DNA from: a virus
Reading direction: 5' to 3' (one strand)
Virus record (IMG/VR): IMGVR_UViG_3300027704_003324
Coordinates: 64,001-128,000 of that record
DNA length: 64,000 nucleotides
Below are positions 29,653 through 38,822 of this stretch, piece by piece. How positions within the stretch are numbered: the first letter of the stretch is position 1; each line of letters begins with the position of its first letter. The notes below the pieces were generated by a model that had not been told where the DNA came from, did no database searches, and worked only from the letters and a program-made list of their open reading frames with translations. The position numbers and the translations under genes were made by a program.

Positions 29653-30692
29653 TAGTTAAGTTTTGATATACAATTAAATGCATGTTTTATGTTAACGAGT
29701 ATTTTGTCTATAGGGTCAGTAATGTGGTAAGTTAGTAGGTCTGTGCTATATGCTGCTACCAAAGTCCAAGTTGATACCGGATGTCCTAATATAATTTTAC
29801 AAGTTCTTAATGCTGATTGATCTATTACTGTTTCTAGACCTGTTCTTTCTAAGTTAGTAGATTCGTATAAGTGAGTACTGTGTATGTATTTAGGTACATG
29901 CTTATAAAAATCATCTCTAGTAAATACTTTAGTGCCTTCAGGTAATAGATCTGTAATCTTCTTAAGTTCTATAGTAGGTAGATCAGTAGAGATATAAAAC
30001 TGTGCTTTTGGTCTTTCTGCTATGATGTCCTGAAGCAACCTAGTAACTTTTCTATCATTTACATACTTGTATATAGAATCTTTTGATCTGGGATTATTCT
30101 GGTTTAATAAATCATTATCCTGTAATGTTTCACTAAACTCTAACATTTCTTTTTTAGATTTAAATACTCCTGATCCTCTTCTCAAATGCACTCCTATAGT
30201 GTTAGTTCCAAGTACTTTCAAAAAACTTTTTCTAAATGTTGGATCTATAAGTTTTATTTCTCTACTTCCTTTACGTGTTTTATATTTAGTGTCTTCGAGT
30301 ACTAAACCTACTTTGCTCCAATCGAATGCTGTATAGTAGTCAATATTATTTTTAAGCGTATCTTCTTTTCCGTCTAATATGTCATCAACCATTTTATTTG
30401 TAATAGGTAGAAGTTTTGTCCACTTCTCTTTATGGTGATCAAAATCCCATCTAGCTATTTTGCTTTGAATTTGAGGATCTGTATGCCATAACTGCCAGGT
30501 CATCATACCCGGAAAGTCTAGAAATTTCTTTTCATGCCAAAAGTGCTGTTCTACTTCTGTATTATGGTCTGTACCACAAATCATTTGTAATTTATATACT
30601 GTTTCCCAATGTTGTATTCTATTACCATATCCTGTATCAAACTCATGGTGCCCACCTCCCCATGGTTCTAGTAATCTTATTTTATAATGCAA
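29652..30692 (-). CDS. GT11/GT23 (NodZ / fucosyltransferase-like) glycosyltransferase
   Basis: GYGNR, IGVHLRRG, FYISTD and D...L..C..I.G...STW motifs. Confidence 0.7.
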   Translation of the reverse strand: MHYKIRLLEPWGGGHHEFDTGYGNRIQHWETVYKLQMICGTDHNTEVEQHFWHEKKFLDFPGMMTWQLWHTDPQIQSKIARWDFDHHKEKWTKLLPITNKMVDDILDGKEDTLKNNIDYYTAFDWSKVGLVLEDTKYKTRKGSREIKLIDPTFRKSFLKVLGTNTIGVHLRRGSGVFKSKKEMLEFSETLQDNDLLNQNNPRSKDSIYKYVNDRKVTRLLQDIIAERPKAQFYISTDLPTIELKKITDLLPEGTKVFTRDDFYKHVPKYIHSTHLYESTNLERTGLETVIDQSALRTCKIILGHPVSTWTLVAAYSTDLLTYHITDPIDKILVNIKHAFNCISKLN

Positions 30693-30694
30693 GC

Positions 30695-32260
30695 CTATAT
30701 AATTTTAGTCCATTTAGATTTTTTCTTCTCCACATCCGGTGCATATTCGCCTGCCGGGTCAGCCTTCTTCTTCTTAATGTTTACACTTTTCCATTTAGTT
30801 TTAATTTCATGTTTAGGTTTATCTATATCTGGTTGGTACTCACCTGATTCAAAATGAGTAATTGCTCCGTTATTAACTTTTACCTGTGGTATATTTTTAT
30901 CTACTTCGATAGAGTCGTACCATTCTACCAGTTCTGGGAATGTTTCTCTAAAGTTAAGGTTTTTTCTTACATCGTATTGTTCATAGAAACTTTTAAAGTC
31001 ATGATAATGTTTAGTTTTATCTTCTTCTGTACTTGTATGTCCTTGCTCTACTACGTCTACATATTTAATCAACCTTTCGATTTGAGCTTTTTCATGATCC
31101 ATCATCAATGGATGGTCTTTTTTACCCTCATACCATGTTGATAACTTCTTATATACCTTAACTTTTTCAGAATCAACTAGATTTAATGGTGATTGAAATG
31201 CTGGCCATCTTAATATATTTAAGTCAATACCAGGTGAGTTCATTCCATATTTTTCTTTAAGAGAAAACATATCATCCATAAATTCAGTAATAGAATAGAG
31301 ACATAGACTGTTAATAGTCATCATACATATAACTTGATTGTAATCTGCTTCTTCTATAAACTTAACTAAATTAGCTCTCCATTGATCGTAATCTAATCCT
31401 GATCTAATATAGTTTGCTGCTGGTCCATAAGCTTCACAACTGGTATATAAATCAAAACCTTTAATATCTATGTCCTTTGTAGTGTCTATAAGCTTTTGTA
31501 TAAGCTTAGGATGTACCATAAGGTTAGAATTTACTGCTAAAGTTAAGTCTGGAGCTGGGTGCTCTTTAACTGTCTCTAAGAATTTCCAAAAGTTATGAGA
31601 TGCAGATGGCTCTCCTCCTGTAACTCTTAATTCTTGTAGGTGTTTTGATAATTCTGGCCACCATTCAACAAAAGCTTGAACGTATGGATTATTGTCATTA
31701 TATTTACCAAATAAATCTGCCCATGACCCATCGGCATGATATGCTCCTGCAGAGGTAGTTTTAAAATCTTGGTAAGGTCCGTTTGTTTCAATATCTTTAG
31801 CCCAAGTTGTTGAGTACCCAGCATTACAGTATGAACAAGCTAAATTACAGGTCCTATCAAAAGATACTTCTACTGTTTTTAGCATAATATCAGCATCCCA
31901 AGGTGCATTAGCTGCATCTTCTATTTCTTGGTCTGTATATATTCTACTTTTGAAGATTCTATCTCCTGCTGTATTAGGGTCAATGTCTTCTACTTTCCAG
32001 CAATAAGAACATTCTGCTGGTCGAACACCTTCAAGCATCATTTTTCTTATCTTCTTTTTAAACTGAGTATTATGAAGTGCTGATGGATTTTTTTTAATCT
32101 CTTCTAAGTCAATCGGGTGCGGTAAAGGTAAGTGACATGAATTAGTGTACCCGTGACCTAAGTGGAGACTGGCATTGTACCATTTAGCTGCACAAAAACT
32201 TTTACTTACTGAGTCTAGGTGATCAGCTTTCCACTTTATTAATTTATCTGTATCTGACAT
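30695..32260 (-). CDS. N-terminal twitch-domain radical SAM enzyme A
   Basis: FCAAKW...SCH...ECSYCW twitch-like cluster, CNLACSYC and VTGGEP. Confidence 0.9.
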   Translation of the reverse strand: MSDTDKLIKWKADHLDSVSKSFCAAKWYNASLHLGHGYTNSCHLPLPHPIDLEEIKKNPSALHNTQFKKKIRKMMLEGVRPAECSYCWKVEDIDPNTAGDRIFKSRIYTDQEIEDAANAPWDADIMLKTVEVSFDRTCNLACSYCNAGYSTTWAKDIETNGPYQDFKTTSAGAYHADGSWADLFGKYNDNNPYVQAFVEWWPELSKHLQELRVTGGEPSASHNFWKFLETVKEHPAPDLTLAVNSNLMVHPKLIQKLIDTTKDIDIKGFDLYTSCEAYGPAANYIRSGLDYDQWRANLVKFIEEADYNQVICMMTINSLCLYSITEFMDDMFSLKEKYGMNSPGIDLNILRWPAFQSPLNLVDSEKVKVYKKLSTWYEGKKDHPLMMDHEKAQIERLIKYVDVVEQGHTSTEEDKTKHYHDFKSFYEQYDVRKNLNFRETFPELVEWYDSIEVDKNIPQVKVNNGAITHFESGEYQPDIDKPKHEIKTKWKSVNIKKKKADPAGEYAPDVEKKKSKWTKII

Positions 32261-32848
32261 TTATATTTTATTTATGAAATTACAATTACCTGTTATGTCT
32301 ACTGATTTATCGAATATAAATTCTTCGAATAAATGATGACAAAGCAGATTACCGTCTTGCTCTATTTTAAATTCTTGTAACGAAATGTCAGTGTAGTTGA
32401 GATTATAACCGTTTTTAGGAAAATTACCTGCTCCAAAAATAATATGAGGATTATCTTCGATTGCAAAACCTTTTTCAGTTAGATCCAGACTAAGAACTAA
32501 TCGTTGACTTATAAATATTTCAATTTTCTCTTTTGCTACGTGTTCTATACGAACTTTTAATTGAACTCCATCAAATATCGGATGAGGTAGTTCATCGTAG
32601 TTCGTTTCTCCTAGTTTATTCATTAAAGTAAACAGTAGTCTACCTTCGTATATGTCTAATGCTGTATAGTGTGGTAGAAGGGTAAACAGCGTACCTATCA
32701 CACCTTCTACTTTATTAACTATCATATTAATAGACAGTACAAAGTTGTTCTCTCCTGTTAATTGTTTTGTTGCTGGATTCTCAGGAAATGTATCACATAT
32801 ATGGTTTGGCCATAAGACCCATGGATTACCCTCTTTTATGTTTAGCAT
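32261..32848 (-). CDS. Hypothetical beta-sandwich (LamG/ConA-like) protein
   Basis: Beta-strand periodicity, IIFGAG and a terminal D-I-T-G-N-x-N motif typical of LamG domain ends. Confidence 0.45.
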   Translation of the reverse strand: MLNIKEGNPWVLWPNHICDTFPENPATKQLTGENNFVLSINMIVNKVEGVIGTLFTLLPHYTALDIYEGRLLFTLMNKLGETNYDELPHPIFDGVQLKVRIEHVAKEKIEIFISQRLVLSLDLTEKGFAIEDNPHIIFGAGNFPKNGYNLNYTDISLQEFKIEQDGNLLCHHLFEEFIFDKSVDITGNCNFINKI

Positions 32849-34205
32849 AGAATTCTTTTAGTTCTGGAAATGTTTCTTGAAAGTTTGTACCTCGTCTTTC
32901 GTCTAATTGGTCTACAAAGGTTACAAATTCCTTCCTAAATTTATCTACGCTAAACATACTCTTGCCAATTGCGTAGTCATAGATTCTTTTTATCTTTTGT
33001 ATTTCAACATTTGAAAAGCCGTAATTATCTTGATGATACTCTTTCATACCATAATATAGTGCTTTTTTGGCAGAATTCAAAATTAATTCCTTATCTTTAT
33101 CCTCTAATATTTTAACAGATAAATGTGATGGCCACCTAAGGTAGGAAGTATCTAATGATACTGCTGATATTTTATATCTTTTACCGTTATGATGTTTCTT
33201 TTTCATCTCAAATATTCTATCTAGTAAGTGATCGTATGAAAATACTGATAGGGCATTAAAGGTAGCCATAATATTGATCGTAACTTTAGGTAACTCTGTA
33301 AGTATCTTGTCTACATTTTCCCAAAACTTCTCATAATCTAAACCGAATCTTGTATATTCTGCTTGTGCTCCTTTTGCTTCTACAGATGTATATACTACAA
33401 ACTCTTTAACCTTGTCTTGGTCAGTAATTATCTTAGCTTTAGCAATAAACTTATCTATTAATGCGTCTGGTACTCCTAAGTTGGTGTTTATACCAATCGA
33501 AAGTTTAGTATTAGGATTTTCTTCTTCTATAATATAATCTAGTACTTTAAAGGTATCTTTTGATAATAAAGGTTCTCCTCCTGTAATACGGAATGTATGT
33601 AGATCTCTATATAATGAAGGCCACCATTTCCACCATGCTTCAACATAGGGATTATACTCTGATTGTAGCAATGGCATTTCATTTTTCTTTCGTAATGTTT
33701 CGATCTCATTAAATTGACCGTCTGCTGCTTTGTATGGTCCGTGTTTTTCTATTTCTTGTACCCAAGTAGATGAGTACTGAGGTCCGCAGTAAGCACATTT
33801 AAAATTGCATGTATTAGAAAAAGACACTTCTACATACTTTGGATTAATATCATCTCTCCAATTGGATTTTGCAATTTGATCGAATTGACCTATTGACCAC
33901 TCTTCAGAAGACTTAAATACTCTATCAGAAAATGAGTTAGAATTATCTTCTACACTCCAACAGTAGTTGCATTCATCAGGTTTACCTCCCTCTAACATTT
34001 CCTTACGTTTTAATTTCTTAAAACGGGTATTATGTAGTGCAGATGGATTCCTTTTAATCTCTGCTATAGAAATTTTATGAGGAGTAGGATGGTGACATGA
34101 ATGTGTCATCCCGAGTCCTAGATGTATAGTAACTTGTGTCCATTTTGCTAAACAAAATCCACATCCTACTTTATCTAATTTATCTTTTACTTGTTGTGAA
34201 TTCAT
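32826..34205 (-). CDS. N-terminal twitch-domain radical SAM enzyme B (paralog of A)
   Basis: FCLAKW...SCHH...ECNYCW, CNFKCAYC and ITGGEPLL. Confidence 0.9.
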   Translation of the reverse strand: MNSQQVKDKLDKVGCGFCLAKWTQVTIHLGLGMTHSCHHPTPHKISIAEIKRNPSALHNTRFKKLKRKEMLEGGKPDECNYCWSVEDNSNSFSDRVFKSSEEWSIGQFDQIAKSNWRDDINPKYVEVSFSNTCNFKCAYCGPQYSSTWVQEIEKHGPYKAADGQFNEIETLRKKNEMPLLQSEYNPYVEAWWKWWPSLYRDLHTFRITGGEPLLSKDTFKVLDYIIEEENPNTKLSIGINTNLGVPDALIDKFIAKAKIITDQDKVKEFVVYTSVEAKGAQAEYTRFGLDYEKFWENVDKILTELPKVTINIMATFNALSVFSYDHLLDRIFEMKKKHHNGKRYKISAVSLDTSYLRWPSHLSVKILEDKDKELILNSAKKALYYGMKEYHQDNYGFSNVEIQKIKRIYDYAIGKSMFSVDKFRKEFVTFVDQLDERRGTNFQETFPELKEFYAKHKRG

Positions 34206-35614
34206 AGTTTAATGTTTATCATCTTCGCCCAAGGAGTAAGTACGTCTTCTCCTAATAATTCATAATTCACTTGTTTTATTCCGTCTTGCTTATAATCTAT
34301 TTTACCGTTTTGCATTTGTAATACATAACGTTTTTCATTCTCTGCTGTCGTTTCTCCTTTAACAAATTTACCTCCTATTATGCCTTCATCTTCATGTGGT
34401 AAACATCTAAATCTACCTTCCCTTCTAAAAGGTAAAATTGAGTTTGGAATTTCTATATCTTCTATTATAGTTTCGGTAGCATAATCATCAACCTTATCAT
34501 GGTCTGGGTTATTAAAGTCTAAATTTATTTTAAGTTCATCTTGAGGTATATTGTTATGTAGGTCTGCAACCTCTTCTGGTCTTAAGTCTCTTCCCCAAGC
34601 AAATACTTTTGCTATATCTCCTTTGAAGTACTTAATAGTGCTTTCATCTTTTTCAGAAGGAGTAGTACCTAAGTACCAATCTGCTGATCCATACCCTTTC
34701 AATTTACCTTGCCATTTATAAGGCGATGGACTTCCAATTCCACCTCTAGAATCTACTTCACTGCCGTTTAAGTACATATGAGAGAGTTGCTCTCTATTAG
34801 AGAATACCATTGTTACCCAACTCCATTGTTCATCGTACCTCTTTACCCACATATAGTTATGTTGGTTAAACGAGTTCCAATATGTAGCTGATATAGCTCT
34901 AGAATTATTAAATCCTATACCATAATCATACCCTGGTATTCTTAGAACTGGGTATTCTACATATCTTCTGTCTTTCTGACCGATTAAGAATATAGGGTTC
35001 TTTTCAGGTTGCTGACGGGGTCTCATCAATACTGATATAGTGTGACTTTTAGAAGTTAGCCCTCTTAATTTTCTTTCAAAAGGAATTTTAATGAAAGAAT
35101 TATTTCCGTTAAATCTCCTATAAGTTTGTTCTTGAGGAGTTTTAGTTATAAAAGTATTATTAGTAAGCCCTTCTTCATGGCATCGCCAAAATAAATCATC
35201 ATCTTCCATACCCCAATCCCAATAATTATTAGAATATCCGTTTGTTTTCTCTAAATGCTCTTTAGTAAATACAACTGCACCTCCAAAATATTCATGATAT
35301 TTAAGTTGGTAATTCATTTGAGATATCTTAGTAGCAATATGTCTTGGTCCTTCTGTAGGGTAAGAGTAATCTGCTCCTTGTTCTGGTATCATGTCTATAT
35401 CATGAAACACTACATAGTCGCATCCTTCTTCAAAAGCTACTTTAGCTGCAATATTCTTAGTAGCTCCTCTATTAAAAAGCTTATCGTCAGCTTGATGACA
35501 AAAGTACATATGAAATTCTATGCCCTGTTCTTTTAAGTACTTACCTGTTTTAGGTATGAACTCATTTAGGTGTTCTTCTCTATTACGGTAAGGTACACAT
35601 ACTCCTAGTTTCAT
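34202..35614 (-). CDS. GT7 beta-1,4-galactosyltransferase-like enzyme with inserted LamG domain
   Basis: VPYRNR, FNRG, FHDID, YFGG and NGYSNNYWDWGMEDDDL; then a LamG-like insert (FNGNNSFI...YLNG...FKGDIAKV); then the GT7 C-terminus (DGIKQVNY). Confidence 0.85.
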   Translation of the reverse strand: MKLGVCVPYRNREEHLNEFIPKTGKYLKEQGIEFHMYFCHQADDKLFNRGATKNIAAKVAFEEGCDYVVFHDIDMIPEQGADYSYPTEGPRHIATKISQMNYQLKYHEYFGGAVVFTKEHLEKTNGYSNNYWDWGMEDDDLFWRCHEEGLTNNTFITKTPQEQTYRRFNGNNSFIKIPFERKLRGLTSKSHTISVLMRPRQQPEKNPIFLIGQKDRRYVEYPVLRIPGYDYGIGFNNSRAISATYWNSFNQHNYMWVKRYDEQWSWVTMVFSNREQLSHMYLNGSEVDSRGGIGSPSPYKWQGKLKGYGSADWYLGTTPSEKDESTIKYFKGDIAKVFAWGRDLRPEEVADLHNNIPQDELKINLDFNNPDHDKVDDYATETIIEDIEIPNSILPFRREGRFRCLPHEDEGIIGGKFVKGETTAENEKRYVLQMQNGKIDYKQDGIKQVNYELLGEDVLTPWAKMINIKL

Positions 35615-37011
35615 AATTTTACTGTTAAGTGGTGGAAATTAGCTACATCAATTATACTGTGTACCTTGTATTTTAAATTGTTGATTCCATCTTCTGATGT
35701 ATCTCTATACCCTCGTTTAACTTCATTCATAAACTTAAGTTGATTATACCTTGTTGTAATATCTTTCCAACCGGTGTTTAGAAACCCATTTTCACCATGT
35801 TCTAGTTGTCTATATTTTGATGTTCTTCTAAATGGAATACATATAAAGTCTGTTATATCCTCCTTGTATGGCACTATTTCAACGTCATTTAATTCTCCTA
35901 AAATATGATCTTTACCTAAGTCTACTACTTTGTAATCTTTTACAGTTAAAGGTACAAAGTTATGTTGTAAATATTGTTGGCTCTTGTACGAACCAAATTG
36001 CATACCCAATGGAACTCCTTTATTAGTAGCAACAGAATGTACTTCTTTCTGTGAAAGAGCTGAATTCCATATAGCTACTTGCTGTATTCTACCTTTAAAG
36101 AAATGTTCTTCTCCTTTACGTGCAGGGAATGAAGCTCCAATATACGAGTGTTTTTGAGACTGGTAATTTCTTAAACCTGTAGGAATAATCTTAGAGCATT
36201 CTTTTACTCCATTAAAGTACAAAGTAAGTTCTTTTAGCTCAGTATCCCAGGTTACTGTTATATTAGACTGTAATGGTGGTTTAACTTTCGTATTTAAGTA
36301 GTGATGGTTTCTTTCTGAGTCAAATAATTCAACGGTAAATCTACCAAAACTAGTGTACATTATATTGAAATCATATCCAGGTATACCAAATATAGTAAAA
36401 TTATCTTTGTCTTTTAGGTGGTCATACGTTATCTCTTCTGGTTGAGCTGTTACTGTAATCGAAAAATCACCTCTAGTCCTAAGAGTATTAGGAACTTTAA
36501 TATATGCTGAATTACCGTTAAACTTAAATGCTGAGGTATTACCGGAAGCTGCTTTATAAGGTATTGTATCTAATTTAAGTCCGTTTAGTCTTGCTCTAAA
36601 AAGTAGATCATCATCTTCGAAACCCCATCCCCAGTATTCATTAGAAAACCCATTAATACGTATAAAATCATTAATAGGAAATAATGTAATACCTCCGAAG
36701 TATTCAGGGAACGGTAAATTCTGTGTAGCTAAATGTATAGGGTATTTTGAATATTTATAATCTACGTTAGTAGGGAGCATATCAATATCATGCAATACTA
36801 TGTATTCACATTCTAACTCTTTAGCTTTAAGTACACCTATATTTAATAACTTCCCTCTATTGAAAATCTTTTCATTGTCTTGTTCTACAATAACTAGTTC
36901 GTAAGGTATCTCTTGTTGAGATAATGCATAATGTATAGCTGTCTTAAACTTAAAGAGCTGTTCGTACCTATCTCTATATGGTACAATAACTCCTAGTTTA
37001 GGTTTACTCAT
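35611..37011 (-). CDS. GT7 galactosyltransferase-like enzyme with inserted LamG domain (paralog)
   Basis: VPYRDR, FNRGKLLN, LHDID, NGFSNEYWGWGFEDDDL; LamG insert (FNGNSAYI...LYFNG...FKGRIQQVAIWNSALS); DGINNLKY. Confidence 0.87.
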   Translation of the reverse strand: MSKPKLGVIVPYRDRYEQLFKFKTAIHYALSQQEIPYELVIVEQDNEKIFNRGKLLNIGVLKAKELECEYIVLHDIDMLPTNVDYKYSKYPIHLATQNLPFPEYFGGITLFPINDFIRINGFSNEYWGWGFEDDDLLFRARLNGLKLDTIPYKAASGNTSAFKFNGNSAYIKVPNTLRTRGDFSITVTAQPEEITYDHLKDKDNFTIFGIPGYDFNIMYTSFGRFTVELFDSERNHHYLNTKVKPPLQSNITVTWDTELKELTLYFNGVKECSKIIPTGLRNYQSQKHSYIGASFPARKGEEHFFKGRIQQVAIWNSALSQKEVHSVATNKGVPLGMQFGSYKSQQYLQHNFVPLTVKDYKVVDLGKDHILGELNDVEIVPYKEDITDFICIPFRRTSKYRQLEHGENGFLNTGWKDITTRYNQLKFMNEVKRGYRDTSEDGINNLKYKVHSIIDVANFHHLTVKL

Positions 37012-37216
37012 CTACATTCTTTGCTTTAGTTAGGTTAGTATGCCATTCAGCTAAATAGAATTGAAGTCTATCTCCCCATTCGTCTTTATCTACTTCTTCA
37101 AACCACACAGTAAGTGCATCTAAACTCATTGCGATTTTTTCTAAGGCTTTAACTTTTCTTTCTTCTTGTATAACTTTTTCTTGAGCTATAACTTGTTCTT
37201 GTGTTTCCTTACTCAT
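37004..37216 (-). CDS. Small hypothetical protein
   Basis: 70 aa, overlapping both neighbours, with its own promoter upstream. Confidence 0.65.
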   Translation of the reverse strand: MSKETQEQVIAQEKVIQEERKVKALEKIAMSLDALTVWFEEVDKDEWGDRLQFYLAEWHTNLTKAKNVDE

Positions 37217-38055
37217 ATCTTAACTATTAATTTACGTAATTTATTCCAGTGTTTATAATCTATATAATCAATATACGAACTTTCAGTTAAATTATCAACT
37301 AAAAATTCAGGTTTTTCAATGTCAATTTTCCAATCACTGCGTGCTATTGCTCTATACATTTTACTGTATTCTTTAGAAAATGCATATTCTTGTTTAATAT
37401 CTGCTACTTCTTGTATTCTACTTAGACACGTACTATCCCACTTAAAGTGGTGTACCTGAGTGAATACTTCTTCTATAGGCATTCTCTTAGGATGTGAATC
37501 TCCCCAGCTATTAGTACCGTCTTTGAATTGAGCATAATGCTGTCCAGATGTAACATCTTGATATCCTTTCATTAATGTACATTTATTGGGACATGCTCCA
37601 GACATCGGATATCTAAAGAAACCTGCTAAAGGAAAAGCTTCGTTAATATTAGTATCTCTCGTAACTAAGGGGAAAGTACCATTAGTACCTACTCTATCTA
37701 TGAACCCACCTGTGACAAAGTCATAACCATGTCTCTCACACTTCTCTATGATGTCTTCAATCGGTTCTGGGTATACTTGTAATTCATCATCATCTGATAC
37801 TATCCACCAGTCGTTTGGGCGTTGGTTTTTTACATAATTATAGAGCTCTGTTACTCTTTCCCAGTTGTACTTATCTTCTGTTACAACTAAATAAGGTTTT
37901 ATCCCTAGTTCTTGTATTTCCTCTAAAATACCGTCATCTTCTGATGATCTATAAACTACTATATATGCTTTTTCAATATCGCGTTCATAGTGCTTTAACA
38001 TATGGGGTAACATATGTGTATTTTTGCCGACTACTGTAACTAAGTTAGGTTTCAT
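37213..38055 (-). CDS. GT2-like (GT-A) glycosyltransferase
   Basis: LPHMLKHY, WWIVSDDDE (DxD) and VHHFKW. Confidence 0.7.
   Translation of the reverse strand: MKPNLVTVVGKNTHMLPHMLKHYERDIEKAYIVVYRSSEDDGILEEIQELGIKPYLVVTEDKYNWERVTELYNYVKNQRPNDWWIVSDDDELQVYPEPIEDIIEKCERHGYDFVTGGFIDRVGTNGTFPLVTRDTNINEAFPLAGFFRYPMSGACPNKCTLMKGYQDVTSGQHYAQFKDGTNSWGDSHPKRMPIEEVFTQVHHFKWDSTCLSRIQEVADIKQEYAFSKEYSKMYRAIARSDWKIDIEKPEFLVDNLTESSYIDYIDYKHWNKLRKLIVKI
37270..37298 (-). promoter_or_regulatory. Intragenic host-type promoter driving the GT7 / radical SAM sub-operon
   Basis: TTG-N20-TATATTGA in the 3' end of 37213..38055. Confidence 0.6.
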
Positions 38056-38822
38056 TTTTTACGTAATATAGTTAATCCTGTTGAACTTGGTTTAGTAGGT
38101 AAGTTTCCTTCATTAAAAAAGTCGAATCTTTGCCATTCATCTGATATCTCTTGTATAAATTTAGCTGGTCCGTTAGCGAACTCTTCGTGATGGTGTTGAT
38201 CTGATACATCTTTGGTTACTATATGGTTGTTAGCATAAGTGATGTCTGTATCGTGTATTGATATAATAGCGTTAGGGTTAAGAATTTGACTATATAGTTC
38301 AAAATCTTCTTTTACGTTTTCGTATGAATGTCCTGCATCAATATGTAAGTAGTCTACCTTTATATCTTCTTTTACGAAAAAGTTATGAAATGCTTTTACT
38401 GTTGTTGTATTAATTACTCTAGGATGAAAAGTTTTCCGTAGAAATGAGTCTTTATCTAACCAATCTACATTACCTCCTATTCCGTTTGCTGCGTCTACTA
38501 AGTAAGTAGCTCCTATATCTCCCCAGTTAAAGTCTTTATTGCCAGTAAAAATTTCTTGGTCATAAAGATCTATTCTAGCTTGAGTCATAATTCGGGGTAT
38601 AAATCCAGCTCCTGAACCTAAACATACGCATACCTTAGCTCTCATATATTGAATAAAAGAGTATATAAGCATTCCATCTCCTAAATGGTACTTAGTAGCT
38701 CCATGAGTCCATCTGTAGTCTACAGGTTCATGCTTAACCTTAACGTTACCATCCTTATCTAAACTGTAAGTCTGGTTGTTAGTTATCTTGTCAAATATAA
38801 AACCTTTGTCAACTATGCTCAT
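38052..38822 (-). CDS. Class I SAM-dependent methyltransferase (Methyltransf_24-like)
   Basis: VCLGSGAG, DYLHIDAGHSYENVKEDF and ISIHDT. Confidence 0.82.
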   Translation of the reverse strand: MSIVDKGFIFDKITNNQTYSLDKDGNVKVKHEPVDYRWTHGATKYHLGDGMLIYSFIQYMRAKVCVCLGSGAGFIPRIMTQARIDLYDQEIFTGNKDFNWGDIGATYLVDAANGIGGNVDWLDKDSFLRKTFHPRVINTTTVKAFHNFFVKEDIKVDYLHIDAGHSYENVKEDFELYSQILNPNAIISIHDTDITYANNHIVTKDVSDQHHHEEFANGPAKFIQEISDEWQRFDFFNEGNLPTKPSSTGLTILRKK

